A stretch of 64,000 nt of DNA from Bugula neritina (Eukaryota > Animalia > Bryozoa): contig OZ037772.1 in assembly GCA_964035545.1 (NCBI GenBank), positions 13,018,818 through 13,082,817 of the forward strand. The letters run 5' to 3'. Shown one piece after another: positions 38,701-50,400 of the stretch. A model generated the notes under the pieces. That model was given only the letters and a program-made list of their open reading frames with translations, was not told the DNA's origin and did not search any database. Every line of letters starts with the position of its first letter. Within the stretch, counting starts at the first letter, position 1. The translations under genes and the position numbers were made by a program.

Positions 38701-41514
38701 AAGTTTTCATTTTTAAATCGCACTCGCTTTCAAAAAAATGCAATTTACTGAAATGTAGCACTAAAATAAAGGAATTGGACTCGCTAAATAACTACTAGCC
38801 AAATAGGTGACGACGACAGAGACGATTCGCACTTGCGTTCAGAATGCTGAGCGACAAGTGCGAATGTTTTCTCAACGCGTACAGTGGACACCTTTGCTAC
38901 TTGTGGTTTCAATTTTCGCATGCGAAAATACGCACCGTGTGGCCCTAGGTTAAGTAACACAAATACTTTGGAGCTAAGAAAACAAAATACTTTATGTTTC
39001 TTCTCACACTGAAATATATACCTGTACACGTGACTACCTGCACATGTCACTACCTGTACACGTGACTATCTGCACATGTGACTACCTGTACACGTGACAA
39101 CCTGCAACTGTGACTATCTGCACATGTGACTATTTGTATATGTGACTATCTGCACATGTGACTATCTGCACATGTGACAACCTGCACATGTGACTACCTG
39201 TACATGTGACAACCTGCATATGTGACAAACTATTTTTACAGGAGACGGGGAAAGCGTGACATGCTACTCTTGTGGAATAGTGTCAACTGATTGGACGTCC
39301 AGATGTGATGTTTTTATTCGTCACGCGAGGAGTTCTCCCACCTGTGCTCACATTATCTCCACCAGAGGGCAGCAGTTTGTTGATGATGTTCTGGCAGAGT
39401 TTGGTTCCTACTATTCTAGACCAGCTGAGGATAAGATTACCGTGAGTTTATTCTAATATATAATATAGTATAACATAGTATAATATGATATAGTATAATA
39501 TAGTATAATATAGTATAATATAATATAATGTAATATGATATAGTATAATATAATATAATATAGTATAATATAATATAATATAATATAGTATAGTATAATA
39601 TAATATAATATAATATTATAGTATAATATATTATAGTATAGTATAATATTGTATAATATAATATAATATAGTATAATATAATATTTAAAGTATAGTATAA
39701 TATAGTATAATATAATATAATATAGTATAGTATAATATAATATTTATACTTCCTGTTGACTAGACGGTAACGAATAGAATGCTCAGACCCCGAATGGACT
39801 CAATACCAGTACAGAAAACTCTGGATATGGGCATCTCAAGTCAGGCGGTCAGGGCGGTGGTGGCAAAGAGAATTAAGGTGCACTTTACTTAAGTACTCCC
39901 TGTCCTTCATATCTTGTCACAGCCTCTCTGTCCATGTTGTTTTTACAGATAAACTGCTTTAGTTGATTTGACAGATTTCTCTGGACTTGCATTTGTAAGA
40001 GGGCTAGACATCATTAGTATAGTACAAATCAAAGGGCTAGAATCTAGTAGATTTATCTATATATAATATTCACTGATATTTCTGGTTACCTTAGAAAGGA
40101 GCGCCAGATTTCAAGTACATCTCGGAGATAGTACAGGAAGTGAAGGAACTGAATGTTCCGGAAGGTCAGTTGGGAGAGGCCGGAGATACTTCTGTTGTGT
40201 TACCTAAAGTACTGAACCTACCAGAATCTGAGAGTGACAAGGAAGAGGAAGTGATGTCATCAGCAGACATGCAGATGGATGAATCAGCTGAACAGAGTAG
40301 CCATGTGGAGGACAGAACAGCTCTCTCTATAGAGACAGATAAGATAAAAGGTATTGATGTCTTATGAAATATGATCAGTGAATTTTAAGGATTATTAATT
40401 TTTTTTCATTCTAGATGCATTTGTAAGCTTTTTATCCTATTTTGTTGTATCTTCAATAGAATACAAATATTTGCAATGAAAACCCAGCAGATTAAAATCC
40501 AAAGCACAGGTTTCTGCTCTCATATGGTGAAGGTACAAAAGGGTTTAGCTGTACCGAGACTACAAGCATCTCTCTTTAATACAACGTGGTGCTAACAAGA
40601 TTGTTTCACTTTCAGTAGTCGCAGACGTCAGAACGGAGGCGACTCAACTAAAGTCTGAACTTCTCTGTAAAGTGTGTATGACGGAACCTGTGTCTATGAT
40701 ATTCCTGCCTTGCTCACATCTCAGTAAGTCTGTAGACATCGTGGAGGTTCATTTAGCTATAATAATAGCTTCATAGTGACTGTGAATGCCGGTTTTCTAA
40801 ATCTAAGTCATGTATTATCAACAATTATAATTATAATAACTATAATAAGATGAAACGGCAAAGTAAAACTGCAAATTCCCCCCTCCCCCCCCCCCCAGCA
40901 GGCTGCTTATATTTTAAAACATAATTTGTTAAGAAAATATTTGCAATGCTATAGGTCAAGTTACAATATAAAGGGCTTTAATGTTCACATTCCTTATAGC
41001 ATTTACCTGATATGGTGCACCTAAAATATATCAAATAACAATTCTTTAGCCACGCTGTCATTCCTGAAATTTAAACATTTATTTTGACTCAATGCTTTAT
41101 AATTGATGCATTTCTATAGCTATAATACAATTGAATCGTAATAAGAAAACTTTCTAAACTTGATTCTTATTTATTCAATTGCCATTATTGCTATTCTATT
41201 AAACTTTCTATTATTTAAAGTGAAACTTCCGACAATTTATTCTTCTGTGAAACTAAAGATGGAGGTGTGGGGTATCAAATGCACTAAAACTTTGCTCTTC
41301 ATAAAGTCACGTAAAGTCCGCAATAACAAACACTCTGCTCATTAATAATTAATTTGTATTTTGAAAGAAATTTCTTAAGTTTATGAATTTACTAAGTGTG
41401 CTGCTGCTTTTGTTTACAGCGTGTTGCTCAGTCTGCTCAGCTGCCATGGTGAGCTGTCCACTGTGTAGAAAAGATGTGGTGGGAACCATCAAGATCAAGT
41501 TCTGTGGCAGATGA
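32739..41514 (+). CDS. IAP copy 3 (3xBIR-UBA-RING, about 757 aa); exons 32739-32777, 35023-35800, 36046-36175, 36389-36549, 37464-37601, 37709-37963, 39242-39441, 39764-39877, 40095-40350, 40616-40723, 41420-41514
   Basis: First exon MAESNMFRMEVNQ as in copy 1; BIR, UBA and RING motifs intact; phases sum to 2274 nt. Confidence 0.9.
36567..37292 (+). repeat. 49-nt tandem repeat (about 15 units) in the BIR2 intron of IAP-3
   Basis: TATACTCCACCCCACATGTAGCTCAGTATCTCTCTATTCTATCTACAGA. Confidence 0.93.
38538..38949. mobile_element. MITE, about 410 bp, with about 70-bp near-perfect TIRs, in the BIR3 intron of IAP-3
   Basis: CCTAGGGCCACACTGTGCGTATTTTCGCATGCGAAAATTGAAACCACAAGTAGCAAAGGTGTCCACTGTA and its reverse complement at 38880-38949; flanked by TTA/TAA; absent from the same intron in copies 1 and 2. 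Confidence 0.85.
39020..39228 (+). repeat. 16-nt repeat TGTGACTAYCTGCACA abutting the BIR3 acceptor of IAP-3
   Basis: Direct reading. Confidence 0.88.
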
Positions 41515-42742
41515 CCTTGGCAGAAGACGTTAAGATGGATGACTTCAGAAGAAGAAATTGAGATTGTCAACGGGAAACGTGAGAAGAATTGGTCAATAAA
41601 GAAAGAGGTAACAGGAGTGATGGCCAATAAAAAAAGAGATGACAAATGAGAGGGCCAATGGAAAGAGAGATAGCAGAAGATTAGGGTTGCTGAAGAGATA
41701 GCAGAAGATTAGGGTTGCTGAAGAGATGGTAGAAGATAAGGGTAGCTGGGCATGTGACAGGAAGTGAAAATGGAGTAACGATAAGAGAAGAGACATGCTG
41801 AGAGAAGGGAAGCTGATGGCGCTGAGAGATTTATTGCCGGAACATCAATTGAGATGTCGGCTTATATGATTGGATCATAAGTGCTGACTGTGCTGACTGA
41901 AAGACATATTATAAATACTTAAACTAACTAATAGAATCTCGCAGTATGAGTGGACAGAATGTAAACAGCTAGCATAGCTATTGTCGGGTATCACGATGCG
42001 CCATTGCTGTGTTCGGAAAAATGCAGTTGAAAATGCGAGTCGTCTTGCAGTCATAAAATATTCTCTTCTATGCTAGTAGAAGATTCTACCTGTCCTTATG
42101 CATTACTCCTCTTACCTGTACATACACTAACTCACCTGTACATCCACTAACTTACCTGTACACACGTTTACCTCCAGTCTATAAATATTCTCTTCATCTG
42201 ACCTGCACTTCTTTGCCAGATTTTAAGACAGGATATCCCAGCATTGTGTAGTTATATTATTCAAATATTTATCCAGTTTTAGTTTAAAATGCAGTTGGTA
42301 GATCAACTATATAAGGTAGATAATTCTTTAGCATTTCATTTCATTTCAAGGGAAAAGGTTACAGTCAGATTTTCTGAATAACTCTGCAAAACTAAAAACA
42401 GATAAATGCTGCAGGTTGTTTGTTTGTTTGTAGCCAAAGACTGTCCTGAAGAGGAACTCTGCCTCAGATGTATTGTAGATCTGTCCTTCACCTTAGATAG
42501 ATAGGTATCCTTCTGCTTATCTGTCTGCGTAGAAATATTCCTTGTATTTACTTCTACATTTCCTTACCATCACATTTATAGCGCTCTGTTTATTGGCAGG
42601 AGATGTCAGGTGATGTCAGGTGCTGCCGGGTGCTGAAGAACGCTGCCGAGAATCTACTATCATTGGACTACTCTGACGTCACATTTCCTCTGTTTGCTGA
42701 GCAGTTACTCTGTTCGTAGAGTTGAGTATTTCTTAGTGTATC

Positions 42743-43052
42743 ACTCTTACTATAACATACTAACAGTATATAACTCTTACTATAACATACTAACAGTATA
42801 TAACTCTTACTATAACATACTAACGGTATTTAACTCTTACTATATAACATACTAACAGTATTAATTTAACTCTTACTATAACATACTAACAGTATATAAC
42901 TCTTACTATAACATACTAACAGTATATAACTCTTACTATAACATACTAACAGTGTATAACTCTTACTATAACATACTAACAGTGTATAACTCTTACTATA
43001 TAACATACTAACAGTATATAACTCTTACTGCAACATACTAACAGTATATTAC
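42743..43052. repeat. 30-nt tandem repeat ACTCTTACTATAACATACTAACAGTATATA
   Basis: About 10 units. Confidence 0.9.
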
Positions 43053-43847
43053 TCCTAAATATTATGAAAATGAAATAAAAGAAATTTTTTTCTATTAAAT
43101 CATGTTTTTATTTGAGCATAAAGCTGATTTCTAATATGTATATTGACTAATTTTGTAGATTGGAATTTCATACCAACAGGCAATGAAGGAGCCCTTTTAC
43201 AGAAATAGTAGGTACACCATATTTACATAAATATGCCTAGTAAAGAATTTTTAATAAAAGTTAGCAATTGAATTTATTGTCATGGAATTTTTAAAACTTG
43301 AATATTTTGTCCCAGGTCGTTTGAAAAATAAAACTGCACATTGTTTGTGAACCATTTTATAATACTTTCAAGGTAAGCCCAAGCAGAGGTTCGTAGGGTT
43401 AACTGACTTAGCACAATGTGTGTGTATGTGTGTGTATGTGTACGTATATGTGTGTGAGTATGTGTTACTATACAACTATATGTTGTAAGTGTATTCAGCT
43501 ATTGTAGTGGCAGTAAAACACATCTGGTGAAAGACAGCATGCAGTTGCTTTGCCTTGAATCAAATCAAACCCAGCAGCTGATCTAATCACATCATATCTA
43601 GCTCTCCAACAAGTATAACTTTAACCTTGCTTCAAGTCCCACTAGTAAATTATGCTGAAATAATTTCCTCAGATCGTGATTTTTGTTTCAATTCCTCTTT
43701 CAACATTAATTTTGATTTACATTATAATTTATATTTTTGGGGTAAATCTTCTAATATTTGTTTTAAACATGTTGGCCATGCAGGTAACCAGTTAGTCAGC
43801 TAGAATAGGCTAGCATGTTAGATGCTGTCTGCCAGATAAATACTTAT

Positions 43848-44216
43848 CACACACCTGTCACATGCATGTCACATGCATGTCACATGCCTTCACACACATA
43901 TCACATATTTGTCACAGGCACTCTCATGTGCATGCCGCACACCTGTCATATGCCTGTCATAGCCAAGCTTGTCACATAATTTCCACATGCAATTCCTATG
44001 CTTGTCAGAAACCTGCCTACACACACCTGTCACACATGTCATATACTTATCACTTACTTATCACACACTTGTCACTTATCACAAACCTGCCTCATAACTG
44101 TCATACACCTGTCACACACCTGTCATATACCTGTCACATACCTGCCACATACCTGCCACACACCTGTTACTCACCTGTCACACACTTGTCACACACCTGT
44201 CACACACCTGTCACAG
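43848..44216. repeat. Degenerate CACACCTGTCA repeat
   Basis: Direct reading. Confidence 0.8.
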
Positions 44217-44327
44217 GTTTCATCATAGTATATTTTGATTCTGAGAATGCTCAAAAGCTGATATTCAGGTCACTGGAAAATGAAATCTGCAGCTGAAATC
44301 GTTGAGTATGCATAAGTAGCTCTTAGC

Positions 44328-44400
44328 GTAGGGCCATGCAGGGTGTATTTTCGAAGACGGAAATTTGCACCACAAGTAAAAAAAGGTATCCACTGTAGCG
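44328..44400 (+). mobile_element. Decayed solo TIR related to the 38538 MITE
   Basis: TAGGGCCATGCAGGGTGTATTTTCGAAGACGGAAATTTGCACCACAAGTAAAAAAAGGTATCCACTGTAGC aligns by eye with the 38538-38610 TIR. Confidence 0.6.
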
Positions 44401-44431
44401 CTTACTAGGGCTATGACTGGTTAGTCAAACA

Positions 44432-44583
44432 TTGGCTGATTGATTGATTGGTTGGTTGGTTGGTTGATTGATTGATTGGTTGGTTGGTTGGTTGATTGAT
44501 TGATTGGTTGGTTGGTTGGTTGGTTGATTGATTGATTGGTTGGTTGGTTGGTTGATTGATTGATTGATTGGTTGGTTGGTTGG

Positions 44584-44618
<35 letters not shown>

Positions 44619-44840
44619 GTTGGTTGGTTGGTTGGTTGGTTGATTGATTGATTGATTGGTTGGTTGGTTGGTTGATTGATTGGTTGGTTGGTTGGTTGGT
44701 TGATTGATTGATTGATTGGTTGGTTGGTTGGTTGGTTGGTTGATTGATTGATTGGTTGGTTGGTTGGTTGGTTGATTGATTGATTGGTTGGTTGGTTGGT
44801 TGATTGATTGATTGATTGGTTGGTTGGTTGGTTGATTGAT
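44432..44840. repeat. Compound (TTGA)n/(TTGG)n tetranucleotide microsatellite
   Basis: Direct reading. Confidence 0.97.
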
Positions 44841-47450
44841 CATGCAAGAAAGCCTGACGTTTGTACATTTATTACTTCTGAGTTCTCAAATTCCTCTCAG
44901 AGATCGAATTATTAAAAGCTAGTTTTGTGAGGATTCAACAGCAAGTTAGATTCTTCTATATCTGAATTCTGTCCTTAGAGAATGCCTGACATGCACCCCT
45001 CACTGATTCAGTATTAAATACTCATATACATCTTAGCTATAATCTACAGACTGTTGGGGGGGGGGGCTGTGTATAGGCTACAGTCTTTTTTAGATTCAAT
45101 TCTGTGCAAACATGTCCTAAAATTATTTGGGAGTTTTGTGACTGCATGTAAAGTTTTCAGTCAGCTCAAAGTGGGTGGTATTACAAATTCAATACTGATT
45201 ATTGATGAATAGTCAAACCATTTTATTGAAATATTGGGAATAAGAAAATGAAATTACCTAATTTCAGCAGATTGTGCAAACACGCAGCAAAATAATTTTG
45301 ACTACCCATCTTTAAGAAACAAGACTCCTCATTCTTCTGCTTCAAATTCTTCATTTCATACCCTAAAAGCTCTTCACGTAGAGTTCTGCAAAATAAAGTC
45401 ACATTTTCAACTGCTGTAAAAAATAAAAGCATTATTTCAATTGACTCCCGAACATTGCGATTGCTTGCAGTGGTTGCTAAGAAGAGGTGTTTTATTATTA
45501 CCTATTTTACCAACCACTGTGAGGTCATCAGGCTATAAACTCTGGTGATACTGAGGCTATAGCTAATCTAGTAGCGTTCACGGTTTACGTGTTCACTCAT
45601 ACTGCGCAGTCTTGAAAACTTTTAATAGATGCTTAGTAAGTTTGGTGTGACAAATTAATTGTAAAATCATTTTAGATACGGAAGTTTTTAGCTTTGGAAA
45701 CTTTTGCTTTGATTTTTGTTGTAAATTACTCCGTGGTGCTAAATATATGGTATTGTATTCATTTACTGTTGACTTGTAATTACTATTTTATATTCTATTG
45801 TCTTGCTAAAATTACTGTGATAAACTTGATTGCGTTTTAATTTGTCAATTTTTCAACTATATACTTGATGTTAATATATTTATAATTGTTTCAGTGTAAT
45901 ATTTCATTGTACTCTATGATAAAACATATGTGTTATAATTGAAATATACTTGCATGGGTAATATCAGCACTACACTTTGGAACCATTTTATTATACTTGA
46001 AGTCCCTTAGGTACCACTCAAACCTTTTAAGTATACCAAGAAATATTTGCAAACATGTCAATAACATGAAGGACTTTACTTTAGCTTTATCTTTAGTTAT
46101 CAGTGAGCTCTCGCTATGAGTAGATACAGAATTCCAATACAGATTAATTTGTATAGCTCATCATATATACCTATGTACTTTATATATCTAAATAACACCT
46201 ACTTAGGGGAGATAACACCTATTCCAGGAAGGGAAGATAATACTATAAGTCAACAGTTTAAGCTATTTATATGCACTATAAATTAGCATCATATCTTATT
46301 CAGTTTGAATTACAATACAAACACAGTTGGTTTAAGGTCATACTTTTCATTTTCTGGCTCTTTGCCAGGTGCTTTACGTTCTATATGAACAATGTTCCAC
46401 TGATAGCTCGAACAGGTTGAATGTCACAGGAACAAAAAAAATATGAAAAGATAAAGAAACTTATGTTCTCCAATATACTTTTTTATTTTTTTCAAAAGCC
46501 AATTCATGTTTAAGTTATAGCTTGTTGAAAAACATAGTCCCCCTTCCACATTCTTTAGAATAAATGTTTGCATATACATATGAAGCTATATTAACCACAA
46601 CCTGATCTATCTATAATATGCCCATGGTTCGAGTTGGCCCCAGTAACACCTATGACACAGTTATACACCGTATTCGTAGCTGTGAGCTACAATCATATAG
46701 CAAATAGCTCTACTGAGTACTAAATGGAGATGGTACTGATTCAACTTGGTGATTTAATAGACTCATCTTTATTCACTTATAAAGTGCTTGAGAACACTGC
46801 AACTTGTCTATAGCCTGCTTTCCTGTAATTCTCAGAGCCATAGCTTCTGTTCCAAACAATGCTAAACACTACTGTCAACATGTGATAGCAAATCTTAGAA
46901 ATATATTTAATATTTAGAGTTTGTCTCGACATGAAGTTAGTATAACTGGGCAAACATTATTAGGAAAGAAATGCAACTGATATACAATAAAAAGCCTTTT
47001 TAAAAGCTTTACTTTAAATTTTCAAATAACATTTAGCAGAATAATTATTTTTTCAAAACAAGCAATAATAAAAACTTTCACACCATTATTTATTCTTTAA
47101 CAACTTGACTAAACAGAAGTGACCGCGACAGCACAGCGACAGCACTCTTGTACTCAACTATTCTATAGCAATCTATTATGCTTCTAAGTTAGTAGTTGCC
47201 TTCTCATGGATATATAATGGCGTACTCAACTATTCTATAGCGATCTGTTGCTACTATCTACACTAATCGAGGGAATTTTAGTAACTCTGTACTAGAAGAA
47301 CTTGAATACTAAATAACTTGAATAGACTATTATATAGTTCATTGAGTGTTAAATACAATCATCTAGTATGTCACACAGTGACTCGCACATCTTCAATTAG
47401 TTTCTAAGATGAGTCATCTAGTTCAATGACCCTGTGACCTTCTCAGCTGC

Positions 47451-50400
47451 TTACAGTATCTACAACAGAATTGGATATATAAACATAACATAACAGATAA
47501 ATAATATAACATATATAAATAACATAACAGATAAATAATATAACAGATAAATAATATAATAGATAAATAATATAGCAGATGAATAATATAACAGATGAAT
47601 AATATAACAGATAAATAATATAACAGATAAATAATATAATATACAAAGATATAGCTACTTACAGTGCAAGATTTGTCCTTGAGCCCAAGTTTGTCCTCTG
47701 CCCTTCCAATCCACTTCTCCTCAGGCACGGCATCATCCTGCTGCTCGTTCTTCTGCTTCAACTGTTCTGCCAGCTGCTCCATTCTCTTCCTTTCTTCTCT
47801 CATTCTCTCTTCCGCCTGCCTCAACAGTCTCTCGCGAGTTGTTTCTTTCGTCTTGATTTCAGTTTTTAGCATCTCCAATTCATCTTTTTCCTTCCTCTGC
47901 TGCTCCATTTCTTTCATTCTCTGTTCACCTTCCACGGCCTCCTGGCGCTTTTGATTTTCTTTTTCCTTTCGTTCTACTTCTGCCCTTTGCTTCTCTAAAA
48001 GTGCCTGTTGCTTTTCTTTCTCCAACTTCTCCCTCCTCTCCGCCTCTAACTTCTCCCTCCTCTCCACCTCCATCTTCTCTCTCTTCTCAGCCTCCTCTTG
48101 TAGCAGACGTGCTTGCCTTACATTCTCTCTCCTTTCAGCCTCAGCTCGATTTTTCTCCAACAGAGCTTCCTTTTCTTCAAGCTGGCGCTGTTTTCTCCGG
48201 TTCTCCTCCATTAGCACTTCCTTCTCTTTAACTTTCCCCAACTGGCCGCTGACTCCTTTCTTGACAGCTGCTGCCGCTTCATCTGCCAGCGTCTTCTGCT
48301 GGGTTTTCTTCTCCTGTTCCTTTTGCTTTCGTTGCTCAGCTAACTTTTGATACTTAGTTTTTAGTTCCTCCACACTTCTCTGTTGCTGGAGAATTTTCTT
48401 TTCAAACATTTCCTTTTCTCCTTTTAGGTTTGTCGCATCCATTATGAACTTTGTCTTCTCCGTGAGACCGTCTTTCTTCTGCACCAGCAACTCCAGGTAC
48501 TTCCTGCGGGGAGAATAAGGTGTATATTAGTGAGTAGAATAAGGTGTATATTAGTGAGTAGAATAAGGTGTATATTAGTGAATAGAATAAGGTGTATATT
48601 AGTGAGTAGAATAAGGTGTATATTAGTGAGTAGAATAAGGTGTATACTATATTATGCATATACTATTAAACTTACTTTCTTGTAGGCGACTCTTTATACT
48701 TCTGAATGGTTTTCTTGTTGCGGAAATTTTCTACTGTCTCATCCACAATATTTACTAAAACAGCCAACAGTTCTTCTTCCGTCTCAAAGTGTTGGTCATA
48801 CACCTGGAGAAGAGTTGGTAGTGAGTAGTTACTGTTAGTGAGTAGTTACTGTTAGTGAGTAGTTACTGCTAGTGAGTAGTTACTGTTAGTAAGTAGTTAC
48901 TGTTAGTGAGTAGTTACTGTTAGTGAGTAGTTACTGTTAGTGAGTAGTTACTGTTAGTGAGTAGTTACTGCTAGTGAGTAGTTACTGTTAGTGAGTAGTT
49001 ACTGCTAGTGAGTAGTTACTGTTAGTGAGTAGTTACTGCTAGTGAGTAGTTACTGTTAGTGAGTAGTTACTGCTAGTGAGTAGTTACTGTTAGTGAGTAG
49101 TTACTGTTAGTAAGTAGTTACTGTTAGTGAGTAGTTACTGCTAGTGAGTAGTTACTGTTAGTGAGTAGTTACTGCTAGTGAGTAGTTACTGCTAGTGAGT
49201 AGTTACTGTTAGTGAGTAGTTACTGTTAGTGAGTAGTTACTTGACTAAGATTAAAATGAAGACGAGAATACAACCTTGGTCATCATGTTGTCGTAGAATT
49301 CAGTCGACTCAATGAACGCCTGACCGAGCAGCGACTCTTGAAATGCTTCTGAGGCTGTCTGTATCTTGATTCCACCAATGTCTGGGTCTATGATGCGGTC
49401 TCTTAGTGACTGTAAGTATGACAAGCAGGTGAGTGACAAGCAGGTGGTTACAGGTGAGTAGACAAGCAGGTGGCTACAGGTGAGTAGACAAGCAGGTGGT
49501 ACTAGGTGGGTAGAAAAAATTATAAAGCCGTACTCTGAATTTCTTGACCACGTATTTCCCTTTTTGCAGATCTGAAGGTTTGGGACTTTCAATAAAAAGA
49601 CGGTGGAAGAAATCTTTGGCAGCCATTAGATAGTCTTCACCAATATCTGAAGAATGACGGATATGTTATGTTTCTTCTCAACACACAGCACACAGCTTAT
49701 GTTAGTATAATATCTGCTTCCCATAATGCATCAGCAAGATAACTCAGATAATCCCCTGACAATCACTTGTACTGGTTACTCAACACATTTGGTGAACTCC
49801 ACTCACCTACAGAGTTGACCCTAACTTTGGTCTTCCCATCATCTGAAGATCTGGTGATGTTTGGGCCAGGATGGGGCAAGGCATACGTGGTGACTGATTT
49901 AAACGCCCTTTTTATTCCTCGCCCAAACTTCTTGATTACTTCAGCTTTGGCCTCTTCCATCTGGCAATCAGTTAGTGTATCAGTTACTATACCAGTTACT
50001 ATATCAGTTAGTATATCAGTTAGTATATCAGTTAGTATATCAGTTACTATATCAGTTACTATACCAGTTACTATATCAGTTAGTGTATCAGTTAGTATAC
50101 CAGTTACTATATCAGTTAGTATATCAGTTAGTATATCAGTTAGTATATCAGTTACTATATCAGTTAGTATGCCAGTTAGTATATCAGTTAGTATATCAGT
50201 TAGTGTATCAGTTAGTATATCAGTTAGTATATCAGTTAGTATACCAGTTAGTATACCAGTTAGTACATCAGTTACTGTATATCAGTTAGTATACCAGTTA
50301 GTGTATCAGTTACTATACCAGTTACTATATCAGTTAGTATATCAGTTAGTATATCAGTTAATATATCAGTTACTATATCAGTTACTATACCAGTTACTAT

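Noticed and set aside
44421-44868. NQPT/NQSI-repeat ORFs
   Set aside because: Tetranucleotide microsatellite.
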